The position numbers were made by a program, and so were the translations under genes. The notes under the pieces were generated by a model that saw nothing but the letters and a program-made list of their open reading frames with translations, had not been told where the DNA came from and searched no databases. From NCBI GenBank assembly GCA_965198265.1, contig CBDAPB010000036.1:481431-545430 (forward strand): a stretch of DNA of 64,000 nt, in the 5' to 3' direction. The DNA is from Terriglobia bacterium (GTDB lineage Bacteria; Acidobacteriota; Terriglobia; 20CM-2-55-15). How positions within the stretch are numbered: the first letter of the stretch is position 1; every line of letters starts with the position of its first letter. Below are positions 46,197 to 56,293 of the stretch, piece by piece.

Positions 46197-48623
46197 ATGA
46201 AGAAGGTACTGGTTTCCATCGGAGTCGTGATCGCGTCGGCGACCCTGGCCTACGGGCAGGATGTCGGCTCCACGTCACTAATTCCATCTCACCGTGCAAT
46301 GCTCAACGAGTATTGCGTCCTGTGCCACGACGACGTCGAACAGTCGGGCGGCCTGACACTGACGAAGCTGGATTGGTCGGATGTCGGCAAGAACGCGCCC
46401 GAGTGGGAAACCGTTGTGCGCAAGCTTCGTGCCGGTATGATGCCTCCGGCCGGCGCGCCCCGGCCTCCGGACGAAGCAGTGGACGAGTTCGTTTCGGCCT
46501 TGGAGGCGGGTCTGGATGAGGCCGCAGCTTCCGAGCCGAATCCAGGTTGGAAGCCGATTCACCGGCTCAACCGGGCCGAGTACGCCAACTCGATCCGGGA
46601 ACTGCTGGCGGTGGATATCGATCCCGCGGAACTCCTGCCGGCCGATGCCTCCACCCACGGTTTCGACAACATGGCAGAAGTCCTGGGTGTCTCCACGACA
46701 CTGATGGAAGGCTACGTCCGGTCGGCCTCAAAGATCAGTCGCGCGGCAGTCGGGGATCCCGAGATGAGTCCCATCGAGGAGACGTATCAACTCCCGCAGG
46801 GATTCTCCCAGATGGAGCACGTCGAAGGAACGCCGTTCGGAACCCGCGGCGGGATGGCCCTCACCCATCACTTCCCGCTCGACGGCGAGTACATCTTCAA
46901 AATCAAGCTCTACCACCTGAGCACAGGGCCGCTGTTCGGACAGACCTCACCGGGGGAGCAGATCGAGATCGCGATTAACGGGGCACGCGTGGCGTTGCTC
47001 GACATCAACCCGAACATGAAACCGGCCCACGATATCCGGACGGGTCCGATCAAGGTGAACGCGGGTCCGCAGAGGGTATCCGCTTCCTTCATTCAGAGAG
47101 CCGCCGGACCCGTGCAGGACTTTCATGCGCCGTTCGAGTACGCGATGTCGGATCTGACCGTTGGCTCGATTCTGGGATTCACCGGGCTGCCCCACCTGAA
47201 GACCCTGAACATCGGCGGACCGTACACGGTGGAGGGTCGGGGTGATACTCCGAGCCGCCGCAGGATTTTTGTCTGTAATCCCGCCAACCGCGGCGAAGAG
47301 CTTCCCTGTGCGACGAAGATCCTGTCTTCGCTCGCCCGACAGGCCTACCGGCGTCCGGTGACCGACGTCGACCTCGACCCCCTGCTCGAGCTCTACGAGG
47401 CAACCCGGAACAGGGTGGACTTCGATGCGGGGATCCGGATGGCGATCCAGGCAATCCTGGCCGACCCGGAATTCGTCTTTCGGATGGAACGCTCCCCCGA
47501 TGACGCACTGACGGCGGAGAGTCATCAGATATCCGATCTGGAGCTCGCTTCCCGGATGTCGTACTTCATCTGGGGCAGCGCTCCGGACGCGGAACTGTTG
47601 GATCTGGCTGCCGGCGGCAAACTCGGGGATCCATCCGTTCTGGAGCAGCAGTTGCGACGTATGGTGGCTGACCCTCGCTCGGAGAATCTCGCGAAGAACT
47701 TCGCCGGGCAGTGGCTGTTCCTGCGAAACCTGAGGGACGTCCAGCCGGACAACTACATCTTTCTGGATTTCGACGTAAACCTGCGTGAGTCGATGCTGCG
47801 GGAAACGGAACTGTTCTTTGACGCGATCGTCCGTGAAGATCGGAGCGTCCTCGATCTTCTGGACGCAGACTACACGTTCGTCAACGAGCGGCTCGCGAAA
47901 CACTATGAGATTCCGAATATCCAGGGCAACGCTTTCCGTCGTGTGCCGATCACCGACGACAACCGGAGGGGTCTGCTGGGTCACGGAAGCATCCTGACCC
48001 TCACATCGCTGTCGAACAGGACGTCGCCGGTCATGCGCGGCAAATGGGTGATGGAGAACCTCCTGGGCGTTCATCCTCCCCCACCTCCTCCGAACGTTCC
48101 CGAGTTCAATGAGGACGCGCACGGCGAAAAGCTTCTGTCGGTGCGGGAGCGACTGGAACGCCACTGGAGGGATCCGGGCTGCGCGGGCTGCCACAAGATG
48201 ATGGACCCTATCGGCTTTTCGCTGGAGAACTTCGACGCGGTCGGAGGCTGGCGTGTCCTCGACAACGGTTTCGAGATCGATGCGTCGGGCCAGTTGATCG
48301 ACGGGACGAGCGTCGACGGACCGGCGAGCCTTCGGGAGGCGCTGATGCGCCAGTCCGACGCCGTCGTCCACACGTTCGCGGAGAAGCTCCTGATCTATGC
48401 ACTGGGTCGCGGCCTGGAATACTACGATATGCCGGTCGTTCGCTCGATCGCGCGGCAGGCAATGGGCAACGACAACCGTTTTTCGTCCTTCGTTCTTGGA
48501 ATCGTAAACAGCACACCATTTCAGATGCGGAGGACCGAGGACAATGAGGCCAGCGGCGACGATGCAGCCGCCGCAGCTCGACCGGGCGCCGTCGACGGCC
48601 AAGCACGGACGCCCAGACAGTAG
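46197..48623 (+). CDS. DUF1592/DUF1588/DUF1587-domain (PSD / planctomycete cytochrome c) protein, copy A
   Basis: Signal peptide; CVLCH; HRLNRAEYANSIR; LELASRMSYFIW; RTSPVMRG; CAGCH...MDPIGFSLENFD. Confidence 0.92.
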   Translation: MKKVLVSIGVVIASATLAYGQDVGSTSLIPSHRAMLNEYCVLCHDDVEQSGGLTLTKLDWSDVGKNAPEWETVVRKLRAGMMPPAGAPRPPDEAVDEFVSALEAGLDEAAASEPNPGWKPIHRLNRAEYANSIRELLAVDIDPAELLPADASTHGFDNMAEVLGVSTTLMEGYVRSASKISRAAVGDPEMSPIEETYQLPQGFSQMEHVEGTPFGTRGGMALTHHFPLDGEYIFKIKLYHLSTGPLFGQTSPGEQIEIAINGARVALLDINPNMKPAHDIRTGPIKVNAGPQRVSASFIQRAAGPVQDFHAPFEYAMSDLTVGSILGFTGLPHLKTLNIGGPYTVEGRGDTPSRRRIFVCNPANRGEELPCATKILSSLARQAYRRPVTDVDLDPLLELYEATRNRVDFDAGIRMAIQAILADPEFVFRMERSPDDALTAESHQISDLELASRMSYFIWGSAPDAELLDLAAGGKLGDPSVLEQQLRRMVADPRSENLAKNFAGQWLFLRNLRDVQPDNYIFLDFDVNLRESMLRETELFFDAIVREDRSVLDLLDADYTFVNERLAKHYEIPNIQGNAFRRVPITDDNRRGLLGHGSILTLTSLSNRTSPVMRGKWVMENLLGVHPPPPPPNVPEFNEDAHGEKLLSVRERLERHWRDPGCAGCHKMMDPIGFSLENFDAVGGWRVLDNGFEIDASGQLIDGTSVDGPASLREALMRQSDAVVHTFAEKLLIYALGRGLEYYDMPVVRSIARQAMGNDNRFSSFVLGIVNSTPFQMRRTEDNEASGDDAAAAARPGAVDGQARTPRQ

Positions 48624-48679
48624 CCGGCACCGGTCAGCGTCATTCACCGTTGCACACTAGGAGGAGGCTTAGAGAGCAA

Positions 48680-50053
48680 ATGTTTATCACCAAGAGACAC
48701 ATATCACGGCGGACAGTTCTCAAAGGTATGGGCGTGGGTTTGTCGCTGCCGTTGCTGGAATCGATGTTGCCGGCGCAAACTCCCTTGCGCGATACCGCCG
48801 CGGCAGCGCCGCCACGGTTCTTTGCTATCCAAGTTCCGCACGGCGCCGGTGGCAGCTGCGTGCACGGCCGGGAGATGAACTACTGGTCCCCGGTGAAAGA
48901 GGGTTCCGACCTTGAGATGACCATGGCGCTGGAACCTCTGGAGCCGTTTCGGGACTACGTCACGCTGATCAGCGACACGGACTGCGCCAACGCCGCGCCG
49001 ACGACGCCCGAAGAGGTCGGCGGCGACCATAGCCGCTCGGCCGCGGTGTTCCTGTCCGGAGCTCATCCGAAGATGACCGAAGGCGCCGACTACTACTGCG
49101 GCACGACAGTCGATCAACTTTACGCGCAGAAGTACGGTCAGGACACCCCTCTGCCTTCCCTCGAGCTCGGGATCGAGGACACCGGTTCGCTGGTGGGATC
49201 CTGCGGTTTCGGTTACAGCTGTGTCTACAAGTATTCGATCAGCTGGGCCTCCCCGTCGAAGCCGCTCCCGATGCAGATCGATCCGCGAGTGGCTTTCGAG
49301 CGCCTCTTCGGTGACGGCGGCTCGCCCGAACAACGCATGATCCGCAGGGAGGAGGACCGGAGCGTTCTCGACACGATCGTCGAGAAAATCGCGCGCCTGC
49401 GGAAGGATCTCGATGCGGGCGATCGCGACCGGCTCAACGAATACGTGGACGGCGTGCGGGAACTCGAGCGGCGCATCCAGATGGTCGAGAAGCACAACTC
49501 CACCGGCGAGGCACGAGAGCTCCCGGCGGCGCCGATTGGCGTGCCGGACTCGTTCGATGAACACGTCAAACTGATGTGCGACCTGACGGTGTTGGGCTTC
49601 CAGGCGGAGGTCACCCGAGTCTCAGCGCTGATGCTGGCTAGAGACGTCAGCCCTCGAGTCTTCCCGGAAAGCGGTTCCAAGACGCCGTTCCATTCCGGAT
49701 CCCACCACGGAGAGCAGCCGGACCAGATCCTGGATTTCACGAGAGTCAACAGGTATCACGTCAGCCTGATGGCCTATCTCCTCAATCGGATGCAGTACAC
49801 GCCCGATGGAGACGGCAACCTGTTGGATCACTCGCTCGTGCTGTACGGAAGTCCGATGGGTAACGGACACATTCACGAGCACAAACGGTGCCCGTTGTTC
49901 CTGGCGGGTCACGCAAACGGTCAGCTCGGGGGCAACTACCATCTGAGAACTCCCGAGGGAACACCGATGGCCAACGCGCTGCTGGCGGTGTTGCACAAGC
50001 TCGGCATCGAACAGGACAGCATCGGCGACAGCACTGGAATGCTGACGATCTGA
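48680..50053 (+). CDS. DUF1552-domain protein, Tat-like signal, copy A
   Basis: SRRTVLKG...LPLLESM; CGFGYSCVY; FHSGSHH; GNLLDHS; HIHEH. Confidence 0.92.
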   Translation: MFITKRHISRRTVLKGMGVGLSLPLLESMLPAQTPLRDTAAAAPPRFFAIQVPHGAGGSCVHGREMNYWSPVKEGSDLEMTMALEPLEPFRDYVTLISDTDCANAAPTTPEEVGGDHSRSAAVFLSGAHPKMTEGADYYCGTTVDQLYAQKYGQDTPLPSLELGIEDTGSLVGSCGFGYSCVYKYSISWASPSKPLPMQIDPRVAFERLFGDGGSPEQRMIRREEDRSVLDTIVEKIARLRKDLDAGDRDRLNEYVDGVRELERRIQMVEKHNSTGEARELPAAPIGVPDSFDEHVKLMCDLTVLGFQAEVTRVSALMLARDVSPRVFPESGSKTPFHSGSHHGEQPDQILDFTRVNRYHVSLMAYLLNRMQYTPDGDGNLLDHSLVLYGSPMGNGHIHEHKRCPLFLAGHANGQLGGNYHLRTPEGTPMANALLAVLHKLGIEQDSIGDSTGMLTI

Positions 50054-50095
50054 CGTTTGAAATCACTGTCGTTGAACTCGAGGAGAAAGAAGACA

Positions 50096-51712
50096 ATGAT
50101 CGGTAAGAAGGTTACCTATGGATTGTGCGTGGCGGTAGTTCTTGCCGCCGTCGGGGGGGCCTCGGTGCTGATGGCGGCCCCCGCGGACGTCCAGCTTCCG
50201 GAAGCCGCCATGCGCGGTCAAATCGAAGTCGTGCGTTCGCTGCTGAAGCAGGACGTCGATGTGGATTCCGCCCAGGGCGACGGCATGACGGCCCTCCATT
50301 GGGCGGCGCTGAAGGACAACCTGGAGATGGCGAAGCTGCTGATGGAGTCCGGTGCGAACGTAACCGCGACGACCCGTCTGGGCGACCTGACGCCTCTGTT
50401 CCTGGCCTGTACTCACGGCAATGCCGCGATGATCGATCTGCTACTCGAGGCCGGTGGGGATCCGAACACCGCTAACACCGTGAATGGGCAGACGGCCCTC
50501 ATGCGAGCGGCTGCTTCCGGCGACGCGGAGGGTGTTGGGAGATTGCTTGACGCCGGCGCGAAGGTCAACGCCAGGGAGACAGCGTACGGGCAGACGGCAT
50601 TGATGTTCGCGGCCGCGGACAACCGTGCCGAAGTGATCCGCGTGCTTGCCCGAAACGGCGCCGACATCGAAACCGCCTCGAAAGTGGAGGATCTCACGAC
50701 CCGGCCGCGGTACGACGAAACCGGGCGGGCCCTCCCGCCGCCTCCTCCGGGCGCGGAGAAAGACAATCCGCCGGTGGATTTCTCTCAGAGGCCCAAGGCG
50801 AATGTGATGGGCGGAGTGACAGCCTTGATGTTTGCGGCAAGAGACGGGCAGATGGACGCCGTACGCGCGCTGATGGAAGCCGGAGCCGACGTCAACCGCG
50901 TCAGTCCTGGAGATTTCAGCAGCCCCATCGTGTATGCGACGGCTAACGCCAACTTCGATGTCGCGATGTACCTGCTCGAGCAGGGAGCCAACCCTAACGC
51001 TGCCAACAACGACGGTCTGACACCGCTCTTTGCGACCATCGACATCGAGTACGCGCCCCTGTCCTGGGCGCCCGTACACCTGACGACGGGTCAGAGAGTG
51101 GGCCACCTGGAACTGATGGAAGCTCTACTCCAGGCGGGCGCGAACCCGAACGCCCGGCTGACACGGAAGCTCTTCTACAGGCCCTCCTCCCACGATCGTT
51201 CGTGGGTGCGGACAGAAGGCGCGACGGCATTCTGGCGAGCGGCAGCGGCAGCCGACCTGAAAGCCATGAAGCTCCTGGTGGCCGGGGGGGCGAATCCCAA
51301 AGTAGCGACCGATGAAGGCGTGACACCGCTGGCGGCTGCCGCTGGAATCGGATGGGTGCCAGGGGAGTTTTCTCAGACCTCACGCGAGCCGCGTGCCCAT
51401 CTAGCGGCTGTCGAATACTGCCTCGAGCTTGGTCTCGACGTAAATGCGGGAGATGAAGAGGATCAGACGCCGTTGCACGGAGCGGCGTGGATCGGCGACC
51501 ATGAGCTGATTCAGTTCCTCGTGGACAAGGGCGCCAGCTTGGACGTCCAGACTGAGAAAGGGTGGTATGTGACCGACATGCCTAACGGCGTGGACGTCGC
51601 TGGCGGCTTGCCGACAGAGCGCCCTGAAACGGTTGAGTTTCTGATGAAGCTCGGGGCTCCGGCACCGGTGGCTCCCAAAGCCGGGGATGGAGTTCCCAGG
51701 AAGCGCCCCTAG
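50096..51712 (+). CDS. Secreted ankyrin-repeat protein, copy A
   Basis: Signal peptide; GMTALHWAA, TPLFLA, TALMFAA, TPLHGAA. Confidence 0.92.
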   Translation: MIGKKVTYGLCVAVVLAAVGGASVLMAAPADVQLPEAAMRGQIEVVRSLLKQDVDVDSAQGDGMTALHWAALKDNLEMAKLLMESGANVTATTRLGDLTPLFLACTHGNAAMIDLLLEAGGDPNTANTVNGQTALMRAAASGDAEGVGRLLDAGAKVNARETAYGQTALMFAAADNRAEVIRVLARNGADIETASKVEDLTTRPRYDETGRALPPPPPGAEKDNPPVDFSQRPKANVMGGVTALMFAARDGQMDAVRALMEAGADVNRVSPGDFSSPIVYATANANFDVAMYLLEQGANPNAANNDGLTPLFATIDIEYAPLSWAPVHLTTGQRVGHLELMEALLQAGANPNARLTRKLFYRPSSHDRSWVRTEGATAFWRAAAAADLKAMKLLVAGGANPKVATDEGVTPLAAAAGIGWVPGEFSQTSREPRAHLAAVEYCLELGLDVNAGDEEDQTPLHGAAWIGDHELIQFLVDKGASLDVQTEKGWYVTDMPNGVDVAGGLPTERPETVEFLMKLGAPAPVAPKAGDGVPRKRP

Positions 51713-51731
51713 CGATGCTTCAGTGAAGCCC

Positions 51732-51767
51732 GTCGGGTTGAGGTCCTGGATGGCGCCTCAACCCGAC
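51732..51767. terminator. Hairpin between convergent genes
   Basis: GTCGGGTTGAGG...CCTCAACCCGAC. Confidence 0.6.
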
Positions 51768-51804
51768 ACCTACCTGCCTGTTGAGTCTCCCAGGCCCGCG
51801 AGAA

Positions 51805-52626
51805 TCAAGGTTCGCAACTCGACGCAACCGACGCCAGCGAGCGCGTGTTAATGGTGTCGCCCGTGTCCTGCCTGTAGACGGTGCCTTTCACCTGCACCTT
51901 GTGTCCCTCGAGAGGACCCGGTCTCACACCCGGAATCGCGAACTCGAGGCTTGGGAGCCTGAAACTGAGAGTGCCCAGCGCTACCGCCTTGGAGTCGGCA
52001 AGCTCATCCGGCGTCGTTTCTCCGGGCCGCTGTGTCCTGAAGGGCTCCGGCGCCTGCATCAACATCCATGTGCCGCCGGCCTGTCGGGTCAGGCAACCGA
52101 CGGCCCGCACGGGCGTTGTGCTGGGCAGCGGTTTCGGTCCGTCCTTCCCGACGAGATGGATCCCGCCCAGAGCGTCCTCACTCAGGTCTTCTGTTCCAGC
52201 CGGAAAGCCATTTTCCCGGAGCACAAAGGTGAAGATTTCCATCTTGGTCGCATCGCTGACGGACGTGATGGCCTGTCGCGGCATCGAGCTCCGGAGCAGG
52301 GTAAACAGCTCCACGAGGTTGTCTTCCCGCCATCGATCCATGAAACCGTCGCCCACCAGCATCGGCGCGTTGCCTCCGCCGGAGCCTCCCGCACCGGGCA
52401 CCGCGCCCTTAAGGTCCACTCCATGGCATCGGCTACAGGCTTCCTGGAAAGCCGTTGCTCCCCGTTCGGCCTGCCCGGGGGCGTAGACGCCGTCCCAGAC
52501 GGTCCTGCCTTTCGAGTCTCCACCTTTTGACGCCGCGCCTTGCGGCATCCCTGCGGATACGCTGCCGGCTGCCATGGCGATGAAACCCACAGCCGAAACC
52601 AGACAGATCGCCAGTCCTCTACGCAT
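51805..52626 (-). CDS. Monoheme cytochrome c with C-terminal OB-fold-like domain
   Basis: Signal peptide; TVWDGVY...CSRCH...MP; NGFPAG; VGCL...GHKVQVKG...ASSC. Confidence 0.85.
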   Translation of the reverse strand: MRRGLAICLVSAVGFIAMAAGSVSAGMPQGAASKGGDSKGRTVWDGVYAPGQAERGATAFQEACSRCHGVDLKGAVPGAGGSGGGNAPMLVGDGFMDRWREDNLVELFTLLRSSMPRQAITSVSDATKMEIFTFVLRENGFPAGTEDLSEDALGGIHLVGKDGPKPLPSTTPVRAVGCLTRQAGGTWMLMQAPEPFRTQRPGETTPDELADSKAVALGTLSFRLPSLEFAIPGVRPGPLEGHKVQVKGTVYRQDTGDTINTRSLASVASSCEP

Positions 52627-53057
52627 GTCGCTACCCCCTTGCCTTGCCCTGAGCAACAGCCCTGATTGTCGTCCCGCGGCCCGACGAACAGCTCTCTCCC
52701 ATCGGAGGGTGGTCCTTCCAATGCGCTTTTCGCCTCTTCGACAATCCGGCGCTACGCCATCGGTTGCTGGTTCAGGTGAAGATCAAACTAGCCTCCGTCG
52801 CACTGAAAGTCAAGCTTTGGGTCGCCGGGATGCCAGAGCAGATTTACGCCAGGCGCAACGGTAGGGTCGAGGCGCCGAAAGCCAAGCTGGACAGTCGTTC
52901 CAGCTCGAAACCGGTGTCCTGAGAACCCACACGTGGTGAATTCTCAGTCCTCTCGAGCGGCGAGCCCACAAGAAAAGCCGGGGTCACAGAGGCATTGCTG
53001 GAATTCATCGCGCGGTGAGGTCCTCGCTTTGGGTCGATCGTCGTTCGACGCGATTTC

Positions 53058-53087
53058 AAAAAAAGAGCCCGATAACGGGCTCCTTTT
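53058..53087 (-). terminator. Rho-independent terminator (bidirectional form) after ankyrin copy B
   Basis: AAAAAAAGAGCCCG-ATAA-CGGGCTCCTTTT. Confidence 0.8.
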
Positions 53088-53122
53088 CGAGCGCTTTCCG
53101 CGCTTCCCATTTGGCAAGGACT

Positions 53123-54736
53123 CTACTGCTTATCTCTGCTCCCGGGTATATCCGGTCGGGTTGGGTTCACGCACGTGGATGCCCAGCAAGTATCCGAGAA
53201 TTCGGAGCCGAGATGCATCAGAAGAGCAACGGTCTCGGGATACTGCGTCTGATTCATCGACCAGCCATTCGCGATGTCCGCTACCGTATCTCCCGCGCCG
53301 ACCTCGCTGGCATCGCCGCCGCCTCGGCTACCGATCGTGTTGGCCCTGGCCGTCACGTCGGCGCCGTTTGCGACCAGATAAAGAATTAGATTGTTTCGCC
53401 CAACCAACGCCGCGCCGTGCAGCGGCGTATAACCTCTGTCGTCTTTCGAATTCACATCGGCGCCGAGCTCTTCCACCAAATACCTGACGGTTGTCATTCG
53501 CGCGTCCGGCACCTTATTCCCACCCTGGTTTGAGTGATGCATACCGACGGCCACCTGCAATGGCGTACTTCCATGCTGTGTTGGGATGCTTGGATTAGCG
53601 CCTGCGGCCAACAGAAGCCGCATCGCGGCGACATCATGCGCCCGCGCTGCCCGCCAGAACGCCGTCGCGCCGGCTGGGTCCGGCCCACCACTGTTGCCAA
53701 AGCTTCTGAACCATAACTTCTTTCCCAGTCTGAGGTTCGGGTCTGCTCCCCGAGCCAGGAGTTCCTTCATCAAGACCATATAGTTGATCTTCTCTTGTTC
53801 GACAACGCCCAGAGGCGGCGGGTACCACGTACGCTGCGCGTAACGCGCGTCAACCGTTGCGAAGAGAGGGGTCAGTCCTCCGTCGGTGGCAAGATTCGGA
53901 TCCGCGTCGTGATCGAGCAGGAATTTAGCGATATCGAAGTGTCCCGTGACTATAGCCTGCGTGATGGGGCTCATACTGTCGGACTCAGTGAGCAGGTTGA
54001 CATCGGCCCCCGCCGCGATCAACTCACGCACGGCGTCCATCTGGCCTTCCCGAGCCGCAAAGTGCAATGCGCCATTGCCACCCATCGCTGTCGTCCTCTT
54101 ATCACGGTCCCGGTCTCCGTTGTCTCTTCGTCTTAGCGGCTGGACCCGGGACACCTTCGTGACAAGGTTCAGGTCGGCGCCGCGCTCCGCCAGTATCTTG
54201 ACAGCCGGGCCACGGTTTAGCATCGCCGCGAACATCAACGCCGTCTGTCCGTTCGTGATGTCCTTCGCGTTCACGTCCACTCCGTGAGCGAGCACGACCT
54301 TCAACGCATCCGTCTTGCCAGCGCCCGCCGCCAACATGAGCGGGCTCGTTCCCGTCGTCGTATTGGTTGCGTTCGCGTCGGCCCCAGCCTCGAGCAGTAG
54401 CTCGATCATTGCCGCACTCCCGTTCTTGGAAGCCATGAACAGGGGCGTTATGTCACCCAGGCGGGTCTTCGCCTCCAGGTTCGCGCCGGCCTTGATCAGC
54501 GACTGGGCCAGCTCCAAATCGTCCCGATAAGCCGCCCAGTGCAGCGCCGTGGTGCCATCACCTTGCGCCGCGTTCACATCGACCTTCTCCTCCAGCAAGG
54601 AACGCACAGTATCCAGATCCCCCCGCATGGCCGCGTCGGCCAGGGGGGAATCCGCGGCGGACAGCATCACCTGTCCGCTCGCCACCGTCACCAGCACCGC
54701 CATGGACAACCAGGCAACCAAGCGTTTACCAAACAT
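53123..54736 (-). CDS. Secreted ankyrin-repeat protein, copy B
   Basis: Signal peptide; GTTALHWAA, TALMFAA, GATAFWRAA, TPLHGAA. Confidence 0.92.
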   Translation of the reverse strand: MFGKRLVAWLSMAVLVTVASGQVMLSAADSPLADAAMRGDLDTVRSLLEEKVDVNAAQGDGTTALHWAAYRDDLELAQSLIKAGANLEAKTRLGDITPLFMASKNGSAAMIELLLEAGADANATNTTTGTSPLMLAAGAGKTDALKVVLAHGVDVNAKDITNGQTALMFAAMLNRGPAVKILAERGADLNLVTKVSRVQPLRRRDNGDRDRDKRTTAMGGNGALHFAAREGQMDAVRELIAAGADVNLLTESDSMSPITQAIVTGHFDIAKFLLDHDADPNLATDGGLTPLFATVDARYAQRTWYPPPLGVVEQEKINYMVLMKELLARGADPNLRLGKKLWFRSFGNSGGPDPAGATAFWRAARAHDVAAMRLLLAAGANPSIPTQHGSTPLQVAVGMHHSNQGGNKVPDARMTTVRYLVEELGADVNSKDDRGYTPLHGAALVGRNNLILYLVANGADVTARANTIGSRGGGDASEVGAGDTVADIANGWSMNQTQYPETVALLMHLGSEFSDTCWASTCVNPTRPDIPGSRDKQ

Positions 54737-54839
54737 TCTGATTCACTCCCTTTCGCTGTCGATACTGCCCGTAAACTCTGCGAACAAGTCAGGGCAGTTT
54801 GGATGGTCTCCCTACGGCCGTCGCCGCCAGGCGCCGGCC

Positions 54840-56210
54840 TCAGATCGCAATCGGTCCGGTGCTGTCGCCTAATTCCTCGGTGTCTATCCCGAGCTTCTGC
54901 ACCACGGTCAGCAAGCCATTCGCCTGTGGCGTTTCCTCTGCGCATCTCACGTGCAGATTGCCTTTGACCGAGCCCGAAGCGTGGCCCGCCAGGAGGAAAG
55001 GCACCCGCTTGTGGGCATGAACGTTGGAGTTGCCCATGCCACAGCCATAGAGGATTAGCGAATGGTCCAACAGGTTGCCGTCGCCGTCGGGTGTACTCTT
55101 CAGCTTGTCGAGGAAATACGAAAGCAAGCCGACATGGTAGCGGTTGATCGTGGCATAGTCCGTGATTTGTGCCGGCCTGTCCTGGTGGTGGGACGCCGAG
55201 TGGAACGGAGTGGTGTTCCCGCTTTCGGGAAAGACCCGGTTGCTGGTGTCACGGCTCAGCTTGAGCGTGGAGACGCGCGTGACCTCCGCCGTCAGGGCCA
55301 ATGCCTGAAGATCGAGCATCAGCCTCACATGCTCGTCCCACGAGTCCGGCACGCCAACCGGAGCTGCCGGCAACTCTCTGTCGACACCGCTGGAATTGTA
55401 TTCCTCGATCTTCTCAATCCGTCGCTCGATCTCGCGAACGTTCTCGAGGTACGTGTTGAGCCTGTTACGGTCTCTCGGATTCAGATCCTGGCGAACCCGA
55501 GCCACGTCATGCACGATTCCGTCCAGAATGCTGCGGTTGACCTCCCGACGCATGGCTCGATCGGCCGGTGAGCCGCCGGTGCCGAACACTTCCTCGAAGG
55601 CCGCGCGGGGGTTCAGCGTCATCGGCAGCGGTGTCGTCGGTGACGACCAACTGATGGTATCCATGTAGACACAACTGTAGTTGAAGGCGCAGGAGCCTGA
55701 CGCGTCCATGTTCTCGGTGCACAGCTGAATCGACGGGAGAGGTGTGTCCTGGCCGAACTTGTGCGCGTAGAGCTGATCGATCGACGTCCCACAATAAACG
55801 TCGGAACCCATGGTCTGCTTCGGGTGAGCCCCGGTGAGGAACACGGCGCTCGAGCGGAAATGGTCGGCCCCCACCTCTTCTGGTGTGAAGGGATCCGCCT
55901 GATGGCAGTCCATCATGCTGATAATCGTGATGTACTCCCGAAGCGACTCCAACGGTTTCATAATCGGGCTGAACTCAAAATCAGCACCCTCTGTCGACGG
56001 CATCCAAAGGTTCTGTTCTGTGCCCCATTCGGTGCTGCCCGCTGAACCGTGGACGATTTCGATGCCTGTCAGACGAGGGCGGGGAGATGCCGCTGTCTGG
56101 CGCAAAGGCGTCGCCGCCGGCACCATCGATTCCAGGAATGGTAGCGCTACAGCGGCTCCCATGCCGCGAAGCACCGCGCGCCGGGAAATATGCTTTTTTG
56201 TGACGAACAT
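54840..56210 (-). CDS. DUF1552-domain protein, copy B
   Basis: SRRAVLRG; CAFNYSCVY; FHSASHH; GNLLDHS; NVHAH. Confidence 0.92.
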   Translation of the reverse strand: MFVTKKHISRRAVLRGMGAAVALPFLESMVPAATPLRQTAASPRPRLTGIEIVHGSAGSTEWGTEQNLWMPSTEGADFEFSPIMKPLESLREYITIISMMDCHQADPFTPEEVGADHFRSSAVFLTGAHPKQTMGSDVYCGTSIDQLYAHKFGQDTPLPSIQLCTENMDASGSCAFNYSCVYMDTISWSSPTTPLPMTLNPRAAFEEVFGTGGSPADRAMRREVNRSILDGIVHDVARVRQDLNPRDRNRLNTYLENVREIERRIEKIEEYNSSGVDRELPAAPVGVPDSWDEHVRLMLDLQALALTAEVTRVSTLKLSRDTSNRVFPESGNTTPFHSASHHQDRPAQITDYATINRYHVGLLSYFLDKLKSTPDGDGNLLDHSLILYGCGMGNSNVHAHKRVPFLLAGHASGSVKGNLHVRCAEETPQANGLLTVVQKLGIDTEELGDSTGPIAI

Positions 56211-56293
56211 GCTCTTGACTCCTCAGTAACCGTTTATGTCAATTAAATCGAGTTCAACTGCGTTCGATTCTGGATAGTTCCGATCAGATCCCT

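Noticed and set aside
46947-48647. Long antisense ORFs (566 aa here; also 26990-28222, 31622-32827, 12737-13906)
   Set aside because: Shadow ORFs typical of GC-rich coding DNA opposite well-supported genes
52660-53050. Riboswitch or ncRNA in the long intergenic region (also 39360-39890)
   Set aside because: No recognisable conserved motif by eye; an Rfam scan would be needed
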